Below, in pieces: positions 9,994 through 19,557 of a stretch of DNA of 64,000 bases; position 1 is the first letter of the stretch; each line of letters starts with the position of its first letter. A program made the translations under genes and the position numbers. The stretch is from Gammaproteobacteria bacterium. Its GTDB lineage: Bacteria; Pseudomonadota; Gammaproteobacteria; Steroidobacterales; Rariloculaceae. Where the stretch lies: contig DASVDR010000045.1 in the NCBI GenBank assembly GCA_036381015.1, positions 2,537 through 66,536 on the forward strand, written 5' to 3'. Under the pieces are notes generated by a model that was not told the origin of the DNA, searched no databases, and saw only the letters and a list, made by a program, of their open reading frames with translations.

Positions 9994-10947
9994 GTGCATG
10001 AATGGAGACCATTCCGGGATGTAGCCGGGCGCTCGGGCCGAAGGCGAGGCACCTGGATGACGGCGTTCTTCGCGCTGTCGGGCACCCTCGCAGCAATGGG
10101 CTGGTCCGCCGGCGCTTCAGCGCAATGGCCGGAGTTCCGGGATCCGGCGGCGCCGCGCGACGCGGAAGGCAACGTGATCATGGACGCGCCGCCGCCGCGC
10201 ACCCCCGACGGGCACCCCGATTTCTCCGGGCTCTGGATGCGCACCCAAAGCGGGCCGCGGGATGAAGACCGGCGTTCGCAGGACGGGGGCGCCCCGATCG
10301 ACGTCGTGACCGCCCCTGTCCCGTTCGATCCAAAAGGTCCGCCGATCGCGGCATTCTTCGAAGCGGGCGAGAACATGGAGGGCGGTCTGCCGTACACTCC
10401 GTGGGCTCGCAACTTGCGAGACCAGCGTTTCGCGGCGAAGGCGAAGGACAACCCCGATGCCAACTGCATGCCGATGGGTTTTCTCCAGTTCCACCAGCAA
10501 CCTCAGCCTCGCAAGATCATTCAGACCGACGAGCTGATCCTGATCGAGTACGAAGCCAATTACGGTTTGCGCCACATCTATATCGACGGCCGAGAGCTGC
10601 CGCCGCAGGGCGAGCCTCAACCATGGTGGTACGGCTACTCCGTCGGTTATTGGGACGGCGATGACCTTGTCGTCCAGACCAACAACCTACGGGGCGCGGA
10701 AGACGGCCCGTTCGATGGCTGGCTCGACGTGAACGGCAGCCCTTACTCGCGGCAAGCGAAGATCACCGAGCGCTTCCGGCGTCCGACGTACGGTCATCTG
10801 CAGATCGACTTTACGGTCGACGATCCCAAGGCCTACACGAGGCCGTGGACGGTGCGAATCGATCAGCGGCTCTTGCCCGACCAGGAGCTGATCGAGTTCA
10901 TCTGCAACGAGAACCAGCAATTCGGTCGCAGGATTGAGTTGGATTAG
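9994..10947 (+). CDS. Exported conserved hypothetical protein (commonly paired with DUF6152)
   Basis: Signal peptide ending AGASA-Q; PDFSGLW, CMPMG, WYGYSVGYWDGDDLVV, DDPKAYTRPW, EFIC. Start may instead be 10057. Confidence 0.75.
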   Translation: MHEWRPFRDVAGRSGRRRGTWMTAFFALSGTLAAMGWSAGASAQWPEFRDPAAPRDAEGNVIMDAPPPRTPDGHPDFSGLWMRTQSGPRDEDRRSQDGGAPIDVVTAPVPFDPKGPPIAAFFEAGENMEGGLPYTPWARNLRDQRFAAKAKDNPDANCMPMGFLQFHQQPQPRKIIQTDELILIEYEANYGLRHIYIDGRELPPQGEPQPWWYGYSVGYWDGDDLVVQTNNLRGAEDGPFDGWLDVNGSPYSRQAKITERFRRPTYGHLQIDFTVDDPKAYTRPWTVRIDQRLLPDQELIEFICNENQQFGRRIELD

Positions 10948-10959
10948 GAGGTACGGGGC

Positions 10960-11475
10960 ATGCCGGATTACTCAGCCGCAAAGAGGAGTCGCCGCCGGTT
11001 CGGTGTAGTGACAATGGTCGGAACGATCGCGTGCGCCGCCGCCGGCATACTCGCGGCGCCGCCTCTGTCGGCCCATCATTCGTTCTCCGCCGAGTTCGAT
11101 GCCACTCGGCAGCTCAAGGTCACAGGCGAAGTCACCGAGGTCGAATGGACGAATCCGCACGCGTGGGTCTATCTAACTGCGCACGAGGTGTGTGAGCGGC
11201 GCGGGAGCGCGAATCTGCGCGACTCCAGCAGCGACGAGGAGTGGGCATGCAGGACGATTGGTGCGGACGAGCCCGGCGATTGGGGGTTCGAGCTGGCGAG
11301 CCCGAACGGCCTGATGCGCCAGGGTTGGAGCCGCAATTCGCTGGGTCTCGGTGAAACCGTAACGATCGAGGGATCGCGTGCACGCGACGACAGTCGGCAC
11401 GGTAATGCGCGAGTCGTGACCACGGCCGAAGGCGTGCGTCTGTTTGCCGGGTCGAGCCAGGGCAAGACACCGTAA
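10960..11475 (+). CDS. DUF6152 family protein
   Basis: GGAGG RBS; signal peptide then HHSFSAEFD...WTNPH...ELASPNGLMRQGW...GETVTIEG. Confidence 0.8.
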   Translation: MPDYSAAKRSRRRFGVVTMVGTIACAAAGILAAPPLSAHHSFSAEFDATRQLKVTGEVTEVEWTNPHAWVYLTAHEVCERRGSANLRDSSSDEEWACRTIGADEPGDWGFELASPNGLMRQGWSRNSLGLGETVTIEGSRARDDSRHGNARVVTTAEGVRLFAGSSQGKTP

Positions 11476-11542
11476 AGGCAGCGGAGGGTAACGGCGCGGC
11501 CCGGGCCGGCCCCTTCGGGGCAATGGCGCGACCGCCCCGAGC

Positions 11543-12427
11543 TCAGTCGGTCTTGCGCAGACCTTCCGTGAGCTCGATCGAAACGCCGTAAGGGTCGGTG
11601 AGCGTCGCGACGGCAATGCCGCCATGCGCGTCGTCGACATGATACGGCTCGGTGAGCTCGATGCCCTTCGCCTCGAGCTCTTCGCAGAATCGCTCGAGGT
11701 CTCTGACCTCGAAGCCGACGTGATCGACGACGCGGCCGCGCGTCGGCACGAGCGCTTCTTCCGGGAGCCAGGAAAAAAAGTTCAGCATGTAGCCGACGCC
11801 CGGCAGGTCGGCGCCGATGAAATAGTCGGTCTGCCCCGGCCGCAGCGTCGCGTCGAACGCCTTCATGTACCACTGCTGCATCCCGACGAACTCCTTGTTC
11901 ACGAAATGCACGTGATGGTGCTTGATCGGCGGGGCGTCCGAATCCATGTTCGTGACGAGCTCGACCTTCACGCCGTCCGGGCCGAGCAGGTAAGCAAAGC
12001 GCCCGTAGTTGCCGGCCGTGGGTAGACTCGCCGTCTCACCTGGACCGGGCTCGCGGCCGACGGTGAGCTCGTAGCCGTTGGCGACGGCCCTCGCGGCCAC
12101 CGCCGGCACGTCGGGAACAGCGAAGCCGATGTGGTCGAACGACGTGCCGCGCGTCGGGCCCGTGGGCGCCTGCTCGTTCAGAAAGAGGTAGACATCGGGA
12201 AATTCGATGACGTCGAGCCCGGGCCCGAGCTCGACGGCTTTGCCGCCGAGGGTGTCCACCCAGAACCTCTTGTGCGCTTCGATGCTGGTGACGTTGAGGT
12301 GGTAATGGCCGACTATCACGCGCGCGTCACGGTTCGACAGCTCGGCATGGCCCGAAGGCGAAACGAGGAATAGCACCGAGATCGGCAACATCGCCCAGCG
12401 CTTGATGACGACCACGGCGTGCCCCAC
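11543..12427 (-). CDS. Exported VOC/glyoxalase family protein
   Basis: GGAGG RBS with GTG at 12427; signal-like N-terminus; VGHYHL, FDHIGFAV, HHVH, VDHVGFEV, DPYGVSIEL. Confidence 0.75.
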   Translation of the reverse strand: MGHAVVVIKRWAMLPISVLFLVSPSGHAELSNRDARVIVGHYHLNVTSIEAHKRFWVDTLGGKAVELGPGLDVIEFPDVYLFLNEQAPTGPTRGTSFDHIGFAVPDVPAVAARAVANGYELTVGREPGPGETASLPTAGNYGRFAYLLGPDGVKVELVTNMDSDAPPIKHHHVHFVNKEFVGMQQWYMKAFDATLRPGQTDYFIGADLPGVGYMLNFFSWLPEEALVPTRGRVVDHVGFEVRDLERFCEELEAKGIELTEPYHVDDAHGGIAVATLTDPYGVSIELTEGLRKTD

Positions 12428-12507
12428 GACTATTCCTCCCAACACCTTTCCGCGACCTCCGGATCGCACGCTCCCGCGGCGGGCGAGGGCCCAAGAATAA
12501 TGACATA

Positions 12508-12660
12508 TCGACCCTCGCGAATGTTCTGTGTCGGATCCTCGGTCCACGACATCACCAGCTGTTCCGGAGACCGGTACGGAAGGGGTTGGAGCAGAACGGA
12601 ATCGAGGACGCTGAACATCGCGGTATTCGCGCCAATCGCCAACGCCAACGTGGCCGACGC
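12508..12660 (-). pseudogene. N-terminal remnant of an ADOP/MacB-like ABC permease
   Basis: [40 protein letters not shown] matches the TLALGIGANTAIFS...LLRPLPY..P..LV signature, then drifts into unrelated sequence. Confidence 0.7.
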
Positions 12661-13084
12661 CGCGATCGATTGCGCGCAGGCGCTCCAGCGTCCAGGCTGG
12701 TTCGCTTCTGCCGCGGAGCAGACCGACGATGCCGGGCGGCCGAACGTTCACGCGCGGTTCCCGAGCAGCCGCCATTGTGGCCTTCGTGCGACAACCCCGT
12801 GTCTCGACCAGTTGTTGCGGCTACGAGAACGTTGTGGTAATACTACGTCCCGCATGGATTTCCGGCGTGCTAGGGAGAGCGCAGTAGTCGCCGAGGGTCA
12901 GCCGACCGACGGTCGAATCGTGGTCGGCGGCACAGATTCGCTTTTGTCCAAAGCATCCGGTTGGTCGCCGGGGCGTCAATGACCGCGCGGGAATGCGAGC
13001 GCGGTCAGGGGAGGCCCCGGGCGGGAAACGCCGTTGCCGACGCAGCGGAGGCAATCCGCTCGGGCGAATAGACAAGGGGGAGAC

Positions 13085-16000
13085 ATGAACGCTCAGTTTT
13101 CGCAGCGCAGCCAGGCTCACGCACGTGATAACCGTTACGACGGCCGGTCGCTCGAGACCGCCCGTGTGCCGCTCGGCACGCCTCGCGTTCGCGCGTGCGC
13201 GCTCGCCGTCGCGGCCGCATTGGTCGGAGGCACGGTCTTCGCTCAAGAGTCCGGCCCCGTCGAGGAGGTGCTGGTCACCGGTTCGCGCATCGCCACTTCC
13301 GGCGTGAACACGCCGACGCCGGTGACGGCCGTGACGGCGGACGATCTGGCAACCATGGCGCCGGGCACGATGGTCGACGCGCTGAAGCAGTTGCCGCAGT
13401 TCTATAACACGATCACGACTCAGCAGGCGGTCGGCGGCGCCGTCGCTGCCGGCGGCAGCAACGTCAACCTGCGGGGCGCCGGCGCGGAACGCACACTGGT
13501 GCTGCTCGACGGGCGCCGTCTCGGTCCCGCCAACAAATTCGGCACGGTCGACATCGGCATCATCCCCGAAGCGCTCATTCGAAGCGTCGAGGCGGTCACC
13601 GGCGGCGCGTCGGCGGCGTACGGCGCCGACGCGGTGTCCGGCGTCGTGAACTTTCGTCTCGACTCGGGCTTCGACGGCATCAAGTATTCAGCGCAGTACG
13701 GCACGACGACGTATGGCGACGGCGACAACTACGAGTTGAGCGTTGCGTACGGCACCGACATCGGAGAGCGCGGGCACATCATCGCGTCGGCGGAGTACTT
13801 CGAGACGGACGGCATCGAGTCTCTCGATTCGTTGCTGGACCGCAGCGACTTCTACCAGCAGAACGCGCTGGTCACGAATCCGCACCCGGATGGTCCGACC
13901 TTCCTGACGAGGCGGTTCGTGGCCCCGACGAACTTCACTGCCGGCGGCATTCTCCTCGGCCCGGCGGTGCTCGATGACGACGGCAACGTCGTGTTGCCCA
14001 CCTCGTCGCTCGATCACGTGGAATTCTTGCCCGATGGCTCGGGCGCCCACCGGAAGCTCCCCTTCAGCGGCATCGGCCAGTTGAGCGGCGGTTGCAACTG
14101 CCAAGCCCTGCCGACTTTGGAGTACGGCGTAGATTCGGATACGCAGATCGATACGCCGGCCGACCGCACGAGCCTGTTCGCGCATTTCGACTACGATGTG
14201 AGCGACCGCAGCACCTTCTTCGTCGAAACGCTTCTCGCGGAGAACTTCACGGACCCCGTCTGGCAAACCGCCGCGCTTCTCGGGCCGTGGCAGAGCAGGG
14301 TTTTCGCCGACAACCCGTTCCTGCCCGACGACATCCGGGCCACGCTGGAGGCCGAAGGCCGGGAGTCCATCGGCTTCGCGATCTTTACGCCGAACACGCC
14401 CGGCAACCCGTTCTCGGGCGGACGATTGCAGGGCAAGAACCGCTACGGGCAGTTCGCGACCGGCTTCAGTCACGACCTGTCGGACGATTTCCTCGCGGGC
14501 GGCTGGGTGCTGGACAGCTATGTGCAGTACGCGCAAAACAAGCAGGACACGATCGTTCCGGCCGGCATGCGCACGGACCGCTTGTTCCTCGCGCTGGACG
14601 CGGTGGAAGGCCCCGACGGCGATCCGGTATGCCGCGTCACGCTGTTCAACCCGGGCATTTTCGACAAGTGCGTGCCGATCAATCTGTTCGGGGGCGTCGA
14701 CGCCGTAACCCCCGAGGCGGCCGCCTACGTCACCGACCAGAACGGCAAGATCGCGCGCGGGAGAACCTCGGAATACGACGCGGAGGTCACGTTGACGGGC
14801 GATCTCACGCGCGGTTCCGACGACGGCGTGCTCGGCCCGATCTCGGCCGCTTTCGGCCTCTCTTGGCGACAGCAGGATTTGCGCGTTCGAACCATCGATC
14901 CTTGCGACGAGTTTCCGTGCACGGTCGATAACGTGCGGTTGAGCGACCTGGGGCTGATGTCGCCTGAGCTCCGCGGAATCCTTCCGGAGACCGATCCCAA
15001 TAACGGCATTCCCGGATTGAGGCACGTGCCCCCCGGGTTCGCCGGCGACGCGAACTCGAGCACGGTGCTCTTCTCGAGCCAGCGGTCGGTCGAGGGCGGA
15101 TACAGCGTGCGGGAGGCGTTCTTCGAGTTCCGCATTCCGCTGTTCGACGGCAGGCTGAATCTCGACGAGGCCTACCGCATGGCCAGCTACACGGGCAGCG
15201 GCAACGAGCCGGCGTGGAAGAGCGGTGTGTCGTTTCAGGCTACGCCCGAGCTCAGGATCCGGGCCACGCGGTCGCAGGACGTGCGCGCCCCGACGCTTCG
15301 AGAACGGTTCGAGCAGCAGCGCGGCGGCGTGAACGTCCGTGATCCGCTGCACAACAACGACACGATCAGCACTGCATCGTTCTCGGGCGGCAACCCCAAC
15401 GTCGGTCTCGAGACGGCGTCGACGAACACGATCGGCATCGTCTACGAGCCGCTGGAACGGTTCTCGATGACGCTCGACTGGTACGACATCGACCTCGACG
15501 GCGCGATCGGCCAGCTGGGCGCGCAGGACATCGTGGATACCTGCTTCCAGTCCGGCGGCACGGCGTCGGTGTGCGAGTTCGTGGTCCGCGACAACGAGAA
15601 TCAGATCGTTCGCGTCGACAACCTCTTCATCAATCTGTCCAATCAGAAGCTCAGCGGCGTCGACGCGGAGCTCAACTTCACGGGGGTCGATCTCGCAGGC
15701 GGGACGCTGGGTTGGCGCTTGCTCGCCACACGACTCAACGAGAACTCCATTCTGACTCCGGGGAGCCCGCGGGACGATCGCGCCGGGGATATCGGAGCCG
15801 GCTTGCCGCAGAACAAGGTCACGACGAGCCTGACGTATTCGCGCGGGCCGTGGTCGGTGTTCCTCCAGGAGCGCTATATCGACGGCGGCACGATGAACAG
15901 GAACTTCGTCGAAGGCGTCGACGTCGACGACAATACGGTGAGCTCCGTTGCGTACACCGACCTCACCTTCAAGTTCAGCGGTCGCGACGGCTCGGCTCCG

Positions 16001-16153
16001 TGGCAGTTCTTCTTCACCGCCAACAATCTCTTCGACGAGGCGCCCCCGGATACCTACTCGTCGATCGGTCGAGCGGGCGTCGGTGGGCCCAACTCCATCC
16101 TGTACGACACGATCGGCCGTCGATTCGTGGCCGGTGTTCGGGTGAACTACTGA
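13085..16153 (+). CDS. TonB-dependent receptor
   Basis: TonB box EEVLVTGSRI; plug NLRGAGAERTLVLLDGRR; GGASAAYGADAVSGVVNF; C-terminal YDTIGRRFVAGVRVNY. Confidence 0.95.
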   Translation: MNAQFSQRSQAHARDNRYDGRSLETARVPLGTPRVRACALAVAAALVGGTVFAQESGPVEEVLVTGSRIATSGVNTPTPVTAVTADDLATMAPGTMVDALKQLPQFYNTITTQQAVGGAVAAGGSNVNLRGAGAERTLVLLDGRRLGPANKFGTVDIGIIPEALIRSVEAVTGGASAAYGADAVSGVVNFRLDSGFDGIKYSAQYGTTTYGDGDNYELSVAYGTDIGERGHIIASAEYFETDGIESLDSLLDRSDFYQQNALVTNPHPDGPTFLTRRFVAPTNFTAGGILLGPAVLDDDGNVVLPTSSLDHVEFLPDGSGAHRKLPFSGIGQLSGGCNCQALPTLEYGVDSDTQIDTPADRTSLFAHFDYDVSDRSTFFVETLLAENFTDPVWQTAALLGPWQSRVFADNPFLPDDIRATLEAEGRESIGFAIFTPNTPGNPFSGGRLQGKNRYGQFATGFSHDLSDDFLAGGWVLDSYVQYAQNKQDTIVPAGMRTDRLFLALDAVEGPDGDPVCRVTLFNPGIFDKCVPINLFGGVDAVTPEAAAYVTDQNGKIARGRTSEYDAEVTLTGDLTRGSDDGVLGPISAAFGLSWRQQDLRVRTIDPCDEFPCTVDNVRLSDLGLMSPELRGILPETDPNNGIPGLRHVPPGFAGDANSSTVLFSSQRSVEGGYSVREAFFEFRIPLFDGRLNLDEAYRMASYTGSGNEPAWKSGVSFQATPELRIRATRSQDVRAPTLRERFEQQRGGVNVRDPLHNNDTISTASFSGGNPNVGLETASTNTIGIVYEPLERFSMTLDWYDIDLDGAIGQLGAQDIVDTCFQSGGTASVCEFVVRDNENQIVRVDNLFINLSNQKLSGVDAELNFTGVDLAGGTLGWRLLATRLNENSILTPGSPRDDRAGDIGAGLPQNKVTTSLTYSRGPWSVFLQERYIDGGTMNRNFVEGVDVDDNTVSSVAYTDLTFKFSGRDGSAPWQFFFTANNLFDEAPPDTYSSIGRAGVGGPNSILYDTIGRRFVAGVRVNY

Positions 16154-16179
16154 CGATTCACCACGTGCGGTGACAGGTC

Positions 16180-16218
16180 ATCGGCGAGAGGCGCGGTTGC
16201 GCCCTCGCCGATTTTTTT
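16180..16218 (+). terminator. Intrinsic terminator after the first TonB-dependent receptor
   Basis: Stem ATCGGCGAG-AGGCGC / GCGCC-CTCGCCGAT followed by a T run. Confidence 0.75.
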
Positions 16219-16476
16219 CTGCGCATCTCTTCCTCCCCGCTGAACCGGCCTTCGCGCATCGCCGGCTCCTTTCTGATTCGGCCGCAATCGCGGCCGTATT
16301 AGGCTTTACCCGCCCGAGTCGACTTAGCGGTGCCCGCAAATACCGGTCAGCAGAAATGACGCTGCCCGAGAGTTTTTCCGCTGCTGCATGAGCCCGCCGC
16401 TCCCAGGGAATTCACTATTTCGTCGCCCTTTGCAACAATGATGGAGGGATAAGAACGATCAGGGAGGGGGACGATC

Positions 16477-19464
16477 GTGAGGACTCTCGAAAAGCAGCGG
16501 TTGCGCAGGGCGCCCATTGCCTATTCCGTAGCTGCCGCCCTGGGCTCCGTGGTGCTCTTCGACCAGCAAGCACTGGCGCAGGGGAATGCGGTGGAAGAAA
16601 TCACCGTAACGGGTTCTCGTATCCGCCAGACGGATAATATGGTCAGCCCGGTTCCGGTCACCGCGATCGACCCAGCCGAACTCACCAGTTTCGATCCGGG
16701 AGGCACCGTGGCGGAGCAGCTCGAGCTTCTGCCGCAGTTTTTCAACAATCTGAGTACTCAGGAATCCACCGGTGCCCTGAATTTCGGCTCCGGCTCTTCG
16801 CGCCTCAATCTGCGGAATCTGGGATCCGACCGCACGCTGGTGCTGTTCGACGGCTCCCGTGTCGTTCCGACCAGCTCCTCGAACGCCGTGAATGTCGATG
16901 CGTTTCCGACCGCCCTGCTTAGATCAGTCGAAGTCGTGACAGGCGGTGCGTCCGCGGCCTACGGGGCCGACGCGCTCGGCGGTGTGGTCAACTTCGTGCT
17001 CGATCGGGAATTCGAGGGCTTCAGAGCCTCCGCCGCGACCGGTATCACCGAATGGGGTGACGGCGAACGCTGGGAGTTCTCCGTAGCGGGCGGCACCGGC
17101 CTGTTGAACGACCGCCTGCACCTGATCGGTTCCGTGGAAGCACGTCGCATCGCGCAGATTCAGCGTGCGCCCGAGGATCTCGATTCCAGTTGGTGGAAGA
17201 ACTGGGGCTATGTGACGAATCCCGAGTGGTCGCCCGGCGCTCCGCCGGGCGTACCGGAGCGATTGACGCTGCCCTGGGTGAACTCGCTGGAGATGAACCC
17301 GATGGGTGTCATCGATCAGCCGGGCTTTGCGCTGGACGGCTACACCTTCACCGAGGACGGGAAGAGCGTCCGCCCCCTCGCCAGGGGCGATGTCGTGGGG
17401 ACCAACAATCAGTCCGGCGGGCCGGAAGCGGAGATCGCTACCCGAGCCTTCGATAACGGCCCCTACGGTGCGGAAACAGTTGGTCGATCGGCATTCGCAG
17501 CGGTCCAGTACGACTTCACCGACTCGCTATCCGGTTTCGCCCAGATCCTCGTGGGGCGTTCCGAATCGAACTCTCCTAATCGCCGGAGCGACTACGTGCT
17601 CCGCGGCGGCTGGAAGGCTACCGTCTACCGTGACAATGCCTTTCTGCCCGACGTGGTTGCCGAGGCCATGGATGCTGCCGGCATCGATTCCTTCGGGCTG
17701 CAGAAGTCCGGCACGTTTCTGGGCGACAATTCCATCGGGTTGGGAGACGGCAAGGCGATATACGACACCGTCTCCTGGAGCGTCGGCGTGGACTGGCAGA
17801 TGCCGAACGGCTGGGATATGCGGTTCTCCTGGCAGACCGGGCAGTCCGACGGTCTTGCCGGCCTCTACGGGCAGACTCGTATCGATCGAATGTTCCTCGG
17901 CATGGACGCCGTCAGGGACGAGAACGGCGACATTGTCTGTCGGGTGCAGCTCTTCAATCCCACCGAGGAACAACTGGCCGCTACGCCTCTTATCCAAGGC
18001 GAGCTGAATGCCGAGGGCGAGCAGCTGCGATCTCCGGTAGCGCTCGATGGCAGCATCGAAAACTGCGTTCCCTATAACATCATGGGGGCGGGCACGATCA
18101 GCGATGCTGCCGAAGCCTATACGCAGTCGCCCAGAGAAGACACTCAGCACATCGAGCAGGACTTTGCCGAGCTGCTGGTGACCGGCGAGCTCTGGCAGGG
18201 CTGGGCCGGACCGCTGTCCTTCGCCTCCGGTCTAACCTGGCGTGAACAGTCGTTCGTGCAACGCATCAATTCGGATGTCTACGAGTTCGGCCCTCCCTTC
18301 AATGCGCCCGAGCTGGGTATCCAGGGCATAGCACCCCTGTACAGCGGCGGCAGTGAGACGGTGCACCGCTTTACGTCGGCCCGTAACACGCAGGGAGACA
18401 TGGATGTCTGGGAAGTTTTCGCCGAGCTGAACATGCCGCTGTGGGATTCGCCGTCGAGCTCCCGGCGTCTGGACGGCAGCGCCGCCTACCGGTCCTCCGA
18501 TTACTCCCGTTCGGGGCAGATCGAAGCGTGGAAGATCGGTCTCGACTACCAGGTGCTCGAACAGCTCAGGCTGCGTGCCACCAAGTCCCGCGACGTGCGT
18601 GAGCCTACCTTCCAGGAGCTGTTCGACAACCGCGGAGGCGGCGGCGCCACGGTCGACGACCCGATTACCCACACCACATACCCGACCTCGGCGAGATCGG
18701 GGGGAAACCCGAGGCTGCGACCGGAAGTCGCCGATACGCACGTTTTCGGTCTCGTGTACCAGCCTCGCCGGATCCCGGGCCTGCAGTTGTCGACCGACTG
18801 GTATGAAGTCGATGTGCGTGATGCGGTGGATACGCTCGGCGCCCAGCGCATCGTGGATGGCTGCTACATCGACAAAGTGAACAGCTTCTGCAGCCTGATC
18901 GACCGGGATCCCGCGTCCAACTTGATTGTGCTGATCGAGAACGGGTACGTGAACGTGGCGAAGGCGCGCGTCGAAGGCGTGGATTTCGAGGCAGCCTACG
19001 GCACCGAGCCCGACTTCTTCAGCAGCCAAGAGGAAACGCTTTCTTTGCGCCTGCTGGCGGGCTACACCATAGAGCGATCCGACACGCCTCTCGACGGAAC
19101 GCCCCGGGATATCGCGGGTGAGCTGGGCTCGCCGGACCTGACCATGATCGGCACGCTGGGATATAGCGTCGGGCCTTACAGCATTCAGCTGCAGCAGCGC
19201 TACATTGCGGAAACCAAGAGGGATATCGACTGGGTGGAAGGCGTCGATGTGGACGACAACACCGTGTCGTCCGGCAATTACACCAACCTGCGTTTCAGCT
19301 ACGACTGGTCGCGGTGGAGCCTGTCGCTCAACATCAACAATCTGTTCGATCGTCCGCCCCCGATCGTCCCGAGCTACGGCGGGGACGGCTCGGCCCAGAC
19401 CGTCCCGACGGGTTACGACACGTATGGAAGGCGTTACCAGTTGAGCATGAACTTCTACTACTAA
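16477..19464 (+). CDS. TonB-dependent receptor
   Basis: RBS then GTG; EEITVTGSRI, NLRNLGSDRTLVLFDG, GGASAAYGADA; C-terminal YDTYGRRYQLSMNFYY. Confidence 0.95.
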   Translation: MRTLEKQRLRRAPIAYSVAAALGSVVLFDQQALAQGNAVEEITVTGSRIRQTDNMVSPVPVTAIDPAELTSFDPGGTVAEQLELLPQFFNNLSTQESTGALNFGSGSSRLNLRNLGSDRTLVLFDGSRVVPTSSSNAVNVDAFPTALLRSVEVVTGGASAAYGADALGGVVNFVLDREFEGFRASAATGITEWGDGERWEFSVAGGTGLLNDRLHLIGSVEARRIAQIQRAPEDLDSSWWKNWGYVTNPEWSPGAPPGVPERLTLPWVNSLEMNPMGVIDQPGFALDGYTFTEDGKSVRPLARGDVVGTNNQSGGPEAEIATRAFDNGPYGAETVGRSAFAAVQYDFTDSLSGFAQILVGRSESNSPNRRSDYVLRGGWKATVYRDNAFLPDVVAEAMDAAGIDSFGLQKSGTFLGDNSIGLGDGKAIYDTVSWSVGVDWQMPNGWDMRFSWQTGQSDGLAGLYGQTRIDRMFLGMDAVRDENGDIVCRVQLFNPTEEQLAATPLIQGELNAEGEQLRSPVALDGSIENCVPYNIMGAGTISDAAEAYTQSPREDTQHIEQDFAELLVTGELWQGWAGPLSFASGLTWREQSFVQRINSDVYEFGPPFNAPELGIQGIAPLYSGGSETVHRFTSARNTQGDMDVWEVFAELNMPLWDSPSSSRRLDGSAAYRSSDYSRSGQIEAWKIGLDYQVLEQLRLRATKSRDVREPTFQELFDNRGGGGATVDDPITHTTYPTSARSGGNPRLRPEVADTHVFGLVYQPRRIPGLQLSTDWYEVDVRDAVDTLGAQRIVDGCYIDKVNSFCSLIDRDPASNLIVLIENGYVNVAKARVEGVDFEAAYGTEPDFFSSQEETLSLRLLAGYTIERSDTPLDGTPRDIAGELGSPDLTMIGTLGYSVGPYSIQLQQRYIAETKRDIDWVEGVDVDDNTVSSGNYTNLRFSYDWSRWSLSLNINNLFDRPPPIVPSYGGDGSAQTVPTGYDTYGRRYQLSMNFYY

Positions 19465-19557
19465 GGAGGTCGGGGCGAAGCGGGCCAGTGTATCTACTCG
19501 CGATGTGAGACACTCACGTACGCGGATCGAAGTCGCGTACGAGGGCGCGAAAGCGTT

